This document shows, one piece after another, positions 9,201-17,029 of a stretch of 42,546 bases of DNA. Position 1 is the stretch's first letter. The number at the start of each line of letters is the position of its first letter. This DNA comes from a virus. Lineage: Duplodnaviria; Caudoviricetes. Under the pieces are notes generated by a model. That model saw only the letters and a list, made by a program, of their open reading frames with translations, made no database searches and was not told the DNA's origin. The DNA lies in IMG/VR virus record IMGVR_UViG_3300020161_003555, positions 1-42,546 of that record. The stretch is one strand, 5' to 3'. A program made the translations under genes and the position numbers.

Positions 9201-9398
9201 CAATTAATACAATCGTTTAATAACCTTTCAAAATCTATTGGAAGCGGGGGAAGTAATTCTTCTCCTATTGTTATTAATAAAAGTTCTCCTCGTCCTCCAA
9301 ATGACAACTTGACGTCTGGGCAAATTGCAAAAGGAGGAAACCCAGCTATAGCTAATCTTCGTAGTAGCTTAGAAAATACAAGGCAGATACCTGCTTAA
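6213..9398 (+). CDS. Tape-measure / gp29-like tail-length protein (1061 aa)
   Basis: Long, low-complexity K/A/G/S-rich protein with short GSGALDT repeats, a glycine-zipper hydrophobic segment and C-terminal SPIVIN; sits between gp26-like and gp48-like genes. Confidence 0.65.
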   Translation: MAAKKNNPDDVKVEQDIATKLNVDVTSIAKKISNIVLPSILTKIEEVKLKNTANKEPEAKGTNFSSLITEQLSGLIKILGTSFVAPGSVAAQDKLPTVLVAIKKLIGDNKGKQKEDKESTEKSPKDAPKDKEGIQSKKETLPDGLIKDLYKAITTLAKKSDPSSEKKSLLEAEKVKPQNVIVTGFSNQSLETLSGILPEAITKGTAALTDHFSKLLEKFDELLKLVTKIEQKDFGGSGSTGGGLLDTLASAAGGKKAKGRGTRKRNAAAAKLKKQRAAYKAGKGPKPTRVSAPLKSVTPKVPPVAATPPKLPPVSAVKPTGGVVDSIKSAGTKGVGMLKSAGSGALDTISNSKAAGTLKKVGSGALDTVKNIGSSSAAKTATKYAGTAVKGLGVAGAVLGAGMEFSSRKEEGQTNTQAAVGTGGTVAGAGLGGWGGAAAGAAIGSLIFPGVGTVIGGVIGGIAGGMAGGAAGGAIADKATGVGAVPDDKALVENWKAGTIKSDPKLGKELVSTYESLPAPKQEVILNLLKAQASETEAVHKEEVATSIIEKLTEENPKLQYGNKVSPALTETLDKNLPKSQPSPTPPKSESPNKDTIDKVNAQKQTKSTVPQEVSLNKPIQMQLEEPVKRKTGPSLDRLEQNKKRILSGGPIKHVSPETLPLVSSGGAAAMGIESLMLEKPEPSEEGPEPPEQSEDPEYPQSDSTVKPTEASKQSIKPISGGKSKESIMAKAGKTALASAVPFGGMALAAANLLSSKPTDKEEVPESVSKVVTPIGKTEKPDIKKLRAERHFAKKFGLVKVDPKGHTYQNNNGDTYEYKNGKFVDEFGEDASSELNLTSKSSKVKAAGGTSAKLKGGEVVPGTVSGKVGLSEEDIADMNISGSDTSTRESTINGKGSRSTTTRTVGNASSHNKISGEDPTITVSKKAKPATDSIKASVDPTQNWQMPRGGAYSYVKAEVPNNRISPDGAGNKQSGTGDETLKDIANNTNETNNKLGQLIQSFNNLSKSIGSGGSNSSPIVINKSSPRPPNDNLTSGQIAKGGNPAIANLRSSLENTRQIPA

Positions 9399-9405
9399 TT
9401 TCAGT

Positions 9406-9411
9406 TAAATA
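9406..9411 (+). promoter_or_regulatory. Late promoter core TAAATA
   Basis: 9 nt before ATG 9421. Confidence 0.6.
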
Positions 9412-9420
9412 TATAATATT

Positions 9421-10503
9421 ATGGGACGTATAATAGGAAAACCAATTCAAGGTCGAGACGTAGGAGGAGATGAAATGAAACCAGCGTTTAAGTCTGGGGA
9501 CAATGGAAGTGCTGCATTAAATTTTGACGGTTCCAATAAAACGCACGATGTAGTCCACAACTATCCGTGGACTCTTTCTAAAGTTTCAGGAAGAGATGAT
9601 ATTCCTCATATTATTATAAGCGAACACAGATGTACAGAATCTGTGCTAGCTCGGCAAATGAAATTTTATATAAAAGGATCTGCAGTATCTACTGCAAAAA
9701 ATGTTCTAAATATGGCTGACAGTATTCCCTTTCTAGGAGGAATAGTGGGACAAGGAGTAGCTGCAGCGGGCAGAGCAACTGGTTTAACTAGTGAGTCTGG
9801 TACGGGATTGTTAAGCGTGTATGATGAAATGTTTCCTGATTCTCCAACTGGAAACAAATACATTTTTCCTTATTTTTCAAAATCATTTATGGAATTGAGT
9901 ACCGACAACTGGAAACAAATTCAGGATGCGGGACAAAAATTAACCGGCATGGCTGAAGGATTATCAGATGTAGCTAAAACATTCGGGGGAGAAGGGGTAA
10001 AAACGGGAGCCGAGAAGTTTGACAAATGGGCAGTAGGAGGCGGAAAAGCAGCTGGAGCAGTAAATGATGCTGCGTTAGAAGCAAAATATCCAGCAGTAGG
10101 TATATATGATAGACCTAGATTATTTTCTAGTCACTCCGAAAGAAGTATTACTATTGAATTTCCTTTGTATAATACTAAATCAGCTCATGATTGGAAACAA
10201 AATAGAGATTTATGTTACAAACTAATGACTCAAAATTTATACAATAAGAGAGATTATATTACAGGTGGACCTCCTTGCTTTTACAGAGTGTTTATTCCTG
10301 GTCAATATTTTTGTTTTGCTTGCAACGTATCAAATATTAATATTACTAACTTAGGTAATACTAGAATGTTGTACGGACATTATAATGTTCCTGATGCATA
10401 TCAAATATCTTTAACTTTAAGAGAAATGTTAATGCCAAGCTTAAATCAATTTCAAGCAATGACAAACGGAGAGGCTGAAGGTAGAGTTTCAGTTGGAGTA
10501 TAA
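9421..10503 (+). CDS. Baseplate tail-tube cap, gp48-like
   Basis: RSITIEFPLYNT...PPCFYRV...NVSNINI...PDAYQISLTLREM tube-fold C-half; precedes the gp53-like gene. Confidence 0.55.
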   Translation: MGRIIGKPIQGRDVGGDEMKPAFKSGDNGSAALNFDGSNKTHDVVHNYPWTLSKVSGRDDIPHIIISEHRCTESVLARQMKFYIKGSAVSTAKNVLNMADSIPFLGGIVGQGVAAAGRATGLTSESGTGLLSVYDEMFPDSPTGNKYIFPYFSKSFMELSTDNWKQIQDAGQKLTGMAEGLSDVAKTFGGEGVKTGAEKFDKWAVGGGKAAGAVNDAALEAKYPAVGIYDRPRLFSSHSERSITIEFPLYNTKSAHDWKQNRDLCYKLMTQNLYNKRDYITGGPPCFYRVFIPGQYFCFACNVSNINITNLGNTRMLYGHYNVPDAYQISLTLREMLMPSLNQFQAMTNGEAEGRVSVGV

Positions 10504-10511
10504 AATTTAAT

Positions 10512-10862
10512 ATGAAGCAAAACGAAATACAAAGTCTTCCTTTTCTCAGAAAAGAAAATTACGAAAACATGTTTAATGTTTATCAGTATGGTGAAGATAA
10601 AATGTATTACTACAATTTACTTCAAACAATAGTATTTCCTGATAATTTGCCAACAAATTTATTTTCTATATATGATATTGTAGCTGGAGATACTTGGCCA
10701 TTTATTTCTTATAAAAATTACGGGAGTCCAAATTTGTGGTGGGTTATTATGTATGCAAATGGAATTTTAAATCCCATTAAAAACCCAAAACCAGGAACAT
10801 CAATTAAAATAGCTAAATCCGAAGTTGTAAGTCAAATACTAATTCAATTAGGAAAGAAATAA
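10512..10862 (+). CDS. gp53: Baseplate wedge protein gp53-like (LysM-type)
   Basis: Y-x-I-x-x-GDTW-x-x-ISYK-x-YG-x-x-x-LWWVI-x-x-AN-x-I-x-NP signature. Confidence 0.8.
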   Translation: MKQNEIQSLPFLRKENYENMFNVYQYGEDKMYYYNLLQTIVFPDNLPTNLFSIYDIVAGDTWPFISYKNYGSPNLWWVIMYANGILNPIKNPKPGTSIKIAKSEVVSQILIQLGKK

Positions 10863-10865
10863 AAA

Positions 10866-12560
10866 ATGAGTACATTTTCTTCTGGTAAATTTTTCTTCAA
10901 ACAATTTAATGGATTAGATCACAAGATTGAATTATTTTTAGATAATAGTGGCAACTTTGAAGGAAAAGAAGAAACACGTTTTCATATAAATCCAGCTGCT
11001 GTATTTGGTCTTAACATTGAAGACATGGTAACTAATTGGATTACTGAAGGTAGTATGACTTTTATGTACATGCCTGAAGATGTAAGTAGCATTATTGCTG
11101 AATCTACAGGACAAGGAGCAGCTACTTCTATAATGGGAGCAGCTCAAGAAAACGGCCGTACAATGGATTCATATCAATTCAGAGGAGATGGGTTTGACAT
11201 GCTACGCGTGATGGTTGTACCCCAAACAGCTGGAGATTCAGCAGATGGATTAAACGTAAATGAAAATGATCCCAAGTGGATTTTAAGTTATATGTTTGCT
11301 ATTATAGACATAGAAGACGTTAATGAGTTGCCAGAGTTATCCGGTCCTGGAGCCGCCTACATGAAATGTTGTAAAATAAGATTTCATGATGTAAGACAAC
11401 AAATACTCGCAACATCTAATATAGAGTACTCTACTCGCAATAGCCCAGAAGCTGTTTACAACACGGGTTGTGCTAATGATGGCATACTCAATACAGGCAA
11501 AGCTATATTAGAAATTTGGAATCAAGCTTTAGGAGATCCTGAAGATGGAGGTTGCATAGAATTTATTCAAACCAAGGATCCGGAAACATGGGACGATGGA
11601 GCTAGTGAAATGTTTTATACGTCACCAGCTGGTTGGAGTGCTGCAGACGACATAGAGTATTTATATAATCACCATGTAAGTAAAGAAAATCTTATAAACA
11701 GCAATCCACTCGGTAGTGAACTAAAAGAACTGTGTGTAATGCACACAAAAAGACCAAAAAGCCAGCAAGATTTAGAAACTGTTTGTATAACACCGTTTAG
11801 TAAATTTTTTAAAAAAGCTACAGAAGGGGATCAACCTGGAGAATTGCAACTCGAACATTTTTTTGTTACCTCTCACACAAACCAACCAACCGGAGGAAAC
11901 GATCCTTCTCGGACATTTAAAGCTCCTATGGGACAACAAGATGACAGAGATTTAAAGACTTTTAAATACGGACAAATTATTACATATAGTTTTCTTGATA
12001 TGGCTCCTCATATGAATGCTGGATCTTTTTCTACTACTCCTGTATATTCAGTCGACATTGGTCAACGTAAATTTAAAGTAAAATTTAAAGAAAATGACAT
12101 AAAAACAGCTAGAAGATTAATAGCTGAAAATTATATTACAGAACTATATCCTAAACAAGCTGCTAATGAAAAATTGTTTTTGCCAAACATACATACAACA
12201 AAAGAAAAAAGAAACATATTTCCGACATTTGCTTTGTATGGAGATCAAGATCCCGGAGGCAAGGGAGAATTTATAAGACAAAAAAGCGGATTGCTACAGT
12301 TATTTTACACAGGATTATTTCAAAATGCTTGTATATGTTTTAAAACTTTTGGTTTAACATTAAGAGAGTCCGGTACTTTTATTGGCATTGATAAAGCAGA
12401 CAAATCAGAAAATACTGATTTTTCTAATAAAATCTACGGACAATGGTTTGTCGTAAAAGTAGAACATTCATTTGAGGCAGGCGTCTATATGAATAATATA
12501 TATGCCATTAAAATTCACAGATTCGAAGAATTGAAAAAAGCGTTTGAAAAAACACTTTAA
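10866..12560 (+). CDS. Baseplate hub protein, gp27/gpD-like
   Basis: C-terminal G-x-W-x-V-x-x-V-x-H-x-F...Y-x-N-x-I motif typical of hub proteins; follows the gp53-like gene. Confidence 0.6.
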   Translation: MSTFSSGKFFFKQFNGLDHKIELFLDNSGNFEGKEETRFHINPAAVFGLNIEDMVTNWITEGSMTFMYMPEDVSSIIAESTGQGAATSIMGAAQENGRTMDSYQFRGDGFDMLRVMVVPQTAGDSADGLNVNENDPKWILSYMFAIIDIEDVNELPELSGPGAAYMKCCKIRFHDVRQQILATSNIEYSTRNSPEAVYNTGCANDGILNTGKAILEIWNQALGDPEDGGCIEFIQTKDPETWDDGASEMFYTSPAGWSAADDIEYLYNHHVSKENLINSNPLGSELKELCVMHTKRPKSQQDLETVCITPFSKFFKKATEGDQPGELQLEHFFVTSHTNQPTGGNDPSRTFKAPMGQQDDRDLKTFKYGQIITYSFLDMAPHMNAGSFSTTPVYSVDIGQRKFKVKFKENDIKTARRLIAENYITELYPKQAANEKLFLPNIHTTKEKRNIFPTFALYGDQDPGGKGEFIRQKSGLLQLFYTGLFQNACICFKTFGLTLRESGTFIGIDKADKSENTDFSNKIYGQWFVVKVEHSFEAGVYMNNIYAIKIHRFEELKKAFEKTL

Positions 12561-12565
12561 CATAT

Positions 12566-12832
12566 ATGAAATATGATACTAGAATTGTTCAACAACCCCA
12601 AGGATACGTTGGTTATTGTTTGTTGTATGGGGAAGTTGTATTTACTAGCAAAGATTGTAATACTGCTCAACAAGCTTCTTCAGAAATAGCTCAATACACA
12701 AAAGCAAACAAGCACATTGAGCCTACATTGAAAACAAACAGAACACCAGCAACATATCCATCTCAAGCAATTGGAACTCAGCTCCAATCATCTTATGTAG
12801 CTCCGGCTAGGAAATGTTGCGGGAGAGGTTAA
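12566..12832 (+). CDS. Hypothetical protein (88 aa) ending RKCCGRG
   Basis: Starts 5 nt after the hub stop; 3' end overlaps the convergent clamp-loader gene by 26 nt. Confidence 0.65.
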   Translation: MKYDTRIVQQPQGYVGYCLLYGEVVFTSKDCNTAQQASSEIAQYTKANKHIEPTLKTNRTPATYPSQAIGTQLQSSYVAPARKCCGRG

Positions 12833-13739
12833 TAAGTGCGGTAAAGCAATTGATTTCTTTATCAATTACAAATGCATCTAATTCCATTCCTTTTGAAACA
12901 ACTAACATCATATTTGTTTTAGTTTCGTAATTCAAGTCCGAATTAAAAATTACTTCAAACAATTGCTTTAGTAAATTTCTATAGTCATTAGAAAAGTTTT
13001 TTTCGTTTTCAATAATTTCTTTACGAATCTTGACTAGATCATAACGTTGAACGATTTTTTCAAAAATTTGAGTAACAAATTCTAATGAGGTTTCATTTTT
13101 AATTTGCAATGAACCATTAACAGAAAACTTTTGCACATCATTAATAATACGTCTAACATCAGGAAGATTTTTACGAATGTGCTCCAGCAACAGTGGCTTT
13201 TGCTCCGGGCCAATTGTTATGTTTTCTTTTTGTAAAATTTCTTTTACTCGTTGAACTACTCCTTCAATAGGAGGTGTCAAATTAAAAATTTGAGTACGAC
13301 TTTGTAACGCTGGTATAATCTTAAAAAGATAATTGCAAGTTATAATAAATCGAGTATTAGAAGCAAATTCTTCAATGATATTGCGTAGAGCTTTTTGAGC
13401 ATCGAGAGAAATCTGATCTCCCTCATCCAACAAAACAACTTTAAGTTTACCATCGAGAGATTTAGTTCTAGCAAAGCCAGAAATTTTACCTCTAATAGTA
13501 TCAATGCCATTTTCATCAGATGCATTAATGTAGAGATATTGGCAATCAAGAATGTCATTTACTATAATTTTTGCTAAGCTTGTTTTACCTGAACCTTGTA
13601 CTCCAGCAAAAAGCAGGTGAGGTATTTCTTGCTTTTCTTTAAGAGATTCAAAAAACGTTCTGTCATCTTTAGATAAAATAATATCATTTAAAGAAGCTGG
13701 TCTATATTTTTCAACTAACAGGTTATTAAAATCGTACAT
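12807..13739 (-). CDS. gp44: Sliding-clamp loader AAA+ subunit (T4 gp44 / RFC small subunit family)
   Basis: LVEKYRP, PHLLFAGVQGSGKT, INASDENGID, LLDEGD, AQKALR, TRFIITCN, ALQSR. Confidence 0.95.
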   Translation of the reverse strand: MYDFNNLLVEKYRPASLNDIILSKDDRTFFESLKEKQEIPHLLFAGVQGSGKTSLAKIIVNDILDCQYLYINASDENGIDTIRGKISGFARTKSLDGKLKVVLLDEGDQISLDAQKALRNIIEEFASNTRFIITCNYLFKIIPALQSRTQIFNLTPPIEGVVQRVKEILQKENITIGPEQKPLLLEHIRKNLPDVRRIINDVQKFSVNGSLQIKNETSLEFVTQIFEKIVQRYDLVKIRKEIIENEKNFSNDYRNLLKQLFEVIFNSDLNYETKTNMMLVVSKGMELDAFVIDKEINCFTALINLSRNIS

Positions 13740-14230
13740 TAATTGTATTTTTTATCGTGCTCGGATTTCAACCCATACGAGCCATCGTATTCTTTTACCA
13801 TTTCAGCGTCAAAACTTAGATATTGACCAATACGAGTTCCTTTTCGAATTTTAGCTGGCCCAATAGTTACGTGGAGCACTCCAGCCATTACGCCAGAATA
13901 ACCACTATCATATAAACCACTAGTAAGAAACAACCCATTCCTGTTAAGAGTACTTCTTGTAATTACCCAACCAGCTTCATTAGGGCCTACTGTAATTTTG
14001 TTTTCCATTACCACTTCATAATGACCAGGCTCAAGATAAAATACGTCTTTAGAATCTGGCATGATTTCATAAGAACCTCTATGGCGTTTATACTCATTTT
14101 CAATTTCAAACACTTCAGGAAGAATTTTAAAAACTTTACCAAGACGAAGATCTACAGCGTTTGGCTGAACATCTCCTGGATTAACACCAGTTAAATCACT
14201 TTTTGTATTAGGTCCATAAACGTGTTTCAT
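13739..14230 (-). CDS. Trimeric dUTPase / dCTP deaminase family protein
   Basis: VQPNAVDLRL, RSTLNRNG, GLYDSGYSG and GTRIGQ motifs. Substrate cannot be resolved by eye. Confidence 0.88.
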   Translation of the reverse strand: MKHVYGPNTKSDLTGVNPGDVQPNAVDLRLGKVFKILPEVFEIENEYKRHRGSYEIMPDSKDVFYLEPGHYEVVMENKITVGPNEAGWVITRSTLNRNGLFLTSGLYDSGYSGVMAGVLHVTIGPAKIRKGTRIGQYLSFDAEMVKEYDGSYGLKSEHDKKYN

Positions 14231-14424
14231 TAGTAATCTCCCCTAGGTGATTGTTCGTTTATCAACTGACGTCCCGTATAAGTTTGATTTCCAGACTGAA
14301 TTTGTTCTCGCACTGGTTGTTGACCAGATTTAATTGCATTGTTTTCAAGCCAGTGTACGAGTTCTGATTGTTTTTCTGTAGGTACTAGAAAAGTACCAGC
14401 GATTGTGTGGATTACGATTTGCAT
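14230..14424 (-). CDS. Hypothetical protein (64 aa), first gene of the inverted cassette
   Basis: Begins 7 nt after a perfect TATAAT; TAATG coupling to the dUTPase-family gene. Confidence 0.75.
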   Translation of the reverse strand: MQIVIHTIAGTFLVPTEKQSELVHWLENNAIKSGQQPVREQIQSGNQTYTGRQLINEQSPRGDY

Positions 14425-14431
14425 TATTAAA

Positions 14432-14459
14432 ATTATAAAACCGTTTTAAAAAATATCAA
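14432..14459 (-). promoter_or_regulatory. Sigma70-type promoter TTGATA-N16-TATAAT, probably giving a leaderless mRNA
   Basis: Minus strand reads TTGATA ttttttaaaacggttt TATAAT tttaata ATG; -35 at 14459-14454, -10 at 14437-14432. Confidence 0.8.
14436..14448. promoter_or_regulatory. Palindrome TAAAAC-C-GTTTTA (candidate operator)
   Basis: Perfect 6-bp inverted repeat with 1-nt centre, lying mostly in the promoter spacer; same core at 41490-41508. Confidence 0.4.
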
Positions 14460-14465
14460 CAGACT

Positions 14466-14471
14466 TAATTA
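14466..14471 (+). promoter_or_regulatory. Variant late promoter core TAATTA
   Basis: 5 nt before GTG 14477, the modal spacing of the TAAATA boxes. Confidence 0.45.
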
Positions 14472-14476
14472 ACTAC

Positions 14477-14947
14477 GTGAATGATGATTTAAATACGCTA
14501 ATTGACGAACTTAGTTCTTTTGAGTTTGCTTCTCAGTCCCAGCACGTCATTAAAGAAGAAATGGTATTAAACGAAGAAGATACAACTCAGTATTTTTTAA
14601 ATCGTTCAAAGGCTATTATTGAAGCAGGTATAAATGCTGTGCAAGATATTACTCCGTATGTAGTACAGAGTCAAGATCCAAAAGAAATTTCAGCTTTAGC
14701 TGAATTAATGGCAGCAACGACTCAAGCTTTGGATTCTCTCAATAAAGGAAATTTAATTAACAAAAAAGCTGATAGAGACGAAAAACTAGAAAATCAAAGA
14801 TTACAGGGAAGAAAAGAACTAGCAGAAATAACCCACAAGGAAAAGAATGTAACAAACAACATGAATGTTTTGGTTGCGTCAAGAGAAGAAATCATGAACA
14901 AACTTTTCGGAAAAAGCGATAAAGTTTTAAATTTGAATGATAAATAA
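14477..14947 (+). CDS. Probable terminase small subunit (T4 gp16-like)
   Basis: Helical core SQDPKEISALAELM...ALDSL and C-terminal VTNNMNVLVASREEIMNKLF resemble the gp16 pattern; size 156 aa. Confidence 0.55.
   Translation: MNDDLNTLIDELSSFEFASQSQHVIKEEMVLNEEDTTQYFLNRSKAIIEAGINAVQDITPYVVQSQDPKEISALAELMAATTQALDSLNKGNLINKKADRDEKLENQRLQGRKELAEITHKEKNVTNNMNVLVASREEIMNKLFGKSDKVLNLNDK
14941..14946 (+). promoter_or_regulatory. Late promoter core TAAATA embedded in the upstream stop region
   Basis: GAT-AAA-TAA; 6 nt before ATG 14953. Confidence 0.6.
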
Positions 14948-14952
14948 TCGAT

Positions 14953-16989
14953 ATGTCGTTTTGTAATTTAACGAAAAACATTCCCAGCAGTCAATGCATT
15001 GGTGATTCGCTTCGTACTATTAATGCTAATTTTTCAGCTCTTAATCTTGGATTGTGTGACGTTCCAACTATACTTTCAAAAGATAATATTGATGTTTCTT
15101 ACGAATTTAATAATCAACAACAACCTGTATTAAACATCTCTTCTCCGTCTAGTTTAGTATATCAAACTCATTTTAGTTCTACAAACTCAGTTGTTACATT
15201 AGGCACACTATCATTTCCGGACGAGACGACATGCTCTGCATATGAATTTCCATACAGCGCTAATTGGTCTCAAACCAACCCTATTGGCTCATTTGAAGTT
15301 ATTTCAACTGGCATTGGATATCCTCAAGTAACTGTATTTTGGATGGCTTCTGCATCTAATAACGCCACTGTGTTTCCTTTAAATAGTGCAACGGCATCTA
15401 TTAATACTTTGTTTGATAAATCAATTAACGCGTTATATAGAGAAGAAAATACGTTGTATGTAGGTGGTTCATTTACTACAATTAATGGTGTAGACACCAA
15501 CAAGTTTGCAGTCATTGATTTGCGTGAAGGAGTTTATGTTCCTGGATACGGTTCAACTGGACAACTAACAAACAATCCTCTAAGCGGTGTAACAAAAAAC
15601 TTAGGCAATACAGGAGCAGTTCATTATATTACAAAGGAAACAATTAAAACAAGTCCGTTACTTGTAATTGCTGGTAGTTTTGAATCTCCAGCTCTTGGCA
15701 AAGGGTTGATTATATATAACAAAACTCTAGATTTGTTTTATTCTTTTTATGTTAATGGCTCTATATACAACGGAGCGGTTGCTGGAAGTGAATTATACCT
15801 CGTTGGAGAATTTGATTATATCAATTATGGAGCTAGCGAAGCTTCAGAAACATCAGGCCAACGCATTTATTGTAATGGCGTTGCTAAAATTTCCTTGGCT
15901 TTATTGCTTACTTCTCCATTAAATGCAATTGATGCTGTATTTTGTGCTAACACTTTAAAAACATTAAAGAGTCCTGCTAAATTTAACTGCGTCGTAGAAC
16001 GAGATGAAGTAATTTTTGTAGGTGGAGAACTTACTCTTAAAAATGATGCAGGAGAAATTATTTGTAAAAATGCAGCAATGTTTGAATCAACAGGGTTATT
16101 TGTACCTGAGTGGCAATATATTTTTAATAAACCTATATTGACAATGTATATTGACATTTTAACTTCAATTTTATATATTGGGGGAGAATTTAATACAGCA
16201 ATTTCTCATAAAAATTTATACACCTTAAAAGAACCAATTCAAGATAAAGATAGATATACTCACATTGTGGCGTTCACTCTTAAAATATTAAGAATTCCTG
16301 GCATTTTAATTGATTGGAAACCAAAATTTAATGGTTCAGTAAATAAAATAATAGCTCATGATGATGAAACTACATCGCAACTTTATGTGATGGGTAACTT
16401 TACTCAAGTTAATAACAATGCAACAGGACACATTGCTGCTATTACAAAAGCTTCTGAATTTATTTATTACGGAGTCAAAGGAGAACTTATTCCTTGGAAT
16501 ATGCATTTATCTACAGCTCCTCCTAAACAAACAAACGCGTTAATAAAAGCATCTGACGGAGCAATTGATGCTCAATCTATTTATATTGGTGGCAATTTTA
16601 CTCAAATTAACGGAGAGCAGAGAAAATATCTTGGACTTATTGCTGCATTAGGACAAAACGTTGAAAAATCGTTTCCTTCTTCTGTAACATTAGATGTTGG
16701 TGGTCACATTGTAAGTCACAATCAAAAATTTGCTCATAATTTTACAGACAACGGTGTTGTAAGAAATTCTAAGGAAGCTGCTCCTTTTGGAATTGTTAAC
16801 GAAATAACATTTCCTCCAAATATTTTGGGATTTGAAGGTGTTACCAGAAATCAATTGTGTCGTTTTTTTATAAGAAGACCTGGAAATGCTCCAGTAATTG
16901 GAAGTCTACCAGCTACTGATGATTCATATCAAGAATCCATTCATGTTTTGGGATGGACGGTAAATTTTGATTTACAAAAAGACAATTAA
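14953..16989 (+). CDS. Fibre/spike protein with conserved N-terminal anchor and beta-propeller repeats (678 aa)
   Basis: N-terminal CIGDSLRTINANF; repeated LYVGGSFT / LVIAGSF / LYLVGEF / IFVGGEL / LYIGGEF / LYVMGNFT / IYIGGNFT blades (7 seen). Confidence 0.7.
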   Translation: MSFCNLTKNIPSSQCIGDSLRTINANFSALNLGLCDVPTILSKDNIDVSYEFNNQQQPVLNISSPSSLVYQTHFSSTNSVVTLGTLSFPDETTCSAYEFPYSANWSQTNPIGSFEVISTGIGYPQVTVFWMASASNNATVFPLNSATASINTLFDKSINALYREENTLYVGGSFTTINGVDTNKFAVIDLREGVYVPGYGSTGQLTNNPLSGVTKNLGNTGAVHYITKETIKTSPLLVIAGSFESPALGKGLIIYNKTLDLFYSFYVNGSIYNGAVAGSELYLVGEFDYINYGASEASETSGQRIYCNGVAKISLALLLTSPLNAIDAVFCANTLKTLKSPAKFNCVVERDEVIFVGGELTLKNDAGEIICKNAAMFESTGLFVPEWQYIFNKPILTMYIDILTSILYIGGEFNTAISHKNLYTLKEPIQDKDRYTHIVAFTLKILRIPGILIDWKPKFNGSVNKIIAHDDETTSQLYVMGNFTQVNNNATGHIAAITKASEFIYYGVKGELIPWNMHLSTAPPKQTNALIKASDGAIDAQSIYIGGNFTQINGEQRKYLGLIAALGQNVEKSFPSSVTLDVGGHIVSHNQKFAHNFTDNGVVRNSKEAAPFGIVNEITFPPNILGFEGVTRNQLCRFFIRRPGNAPVIGSLPATDDSYQESIHVLGWTVNFDLQKDN

Positions 16990-17015
16990 ACCACAGACAT
17001 AACTTAAATTAAAGA

Positions 17016-17021
17016 TAAATA
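17016..17021 (+). promoter_or_regulatory. Late promoter core TAAATA
   Basis: 8 nt before ATG 17030. Confidence 0.65.
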
Positions 17022-17029
17022 TAAAATAT

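Noticed and set aside
6842-9307. Long antisense ORFs (310 aa, 274 aa and smaller) opposite the tape-measure-like gene
   Set aside because: Shadow frames of a Gly/Ala/Pro/Ser-rich sense gene; no motifs or expression signals.
12807-14230. RFC-like and dCTP-deaminase-like genes as evidence of archaeal or eukaryotic-virus origin
   Set aside because: T4-like phages encode RFC-type clamp loaders, and the baseplate genes and sigma70 promoter indicate a bacteriophage.
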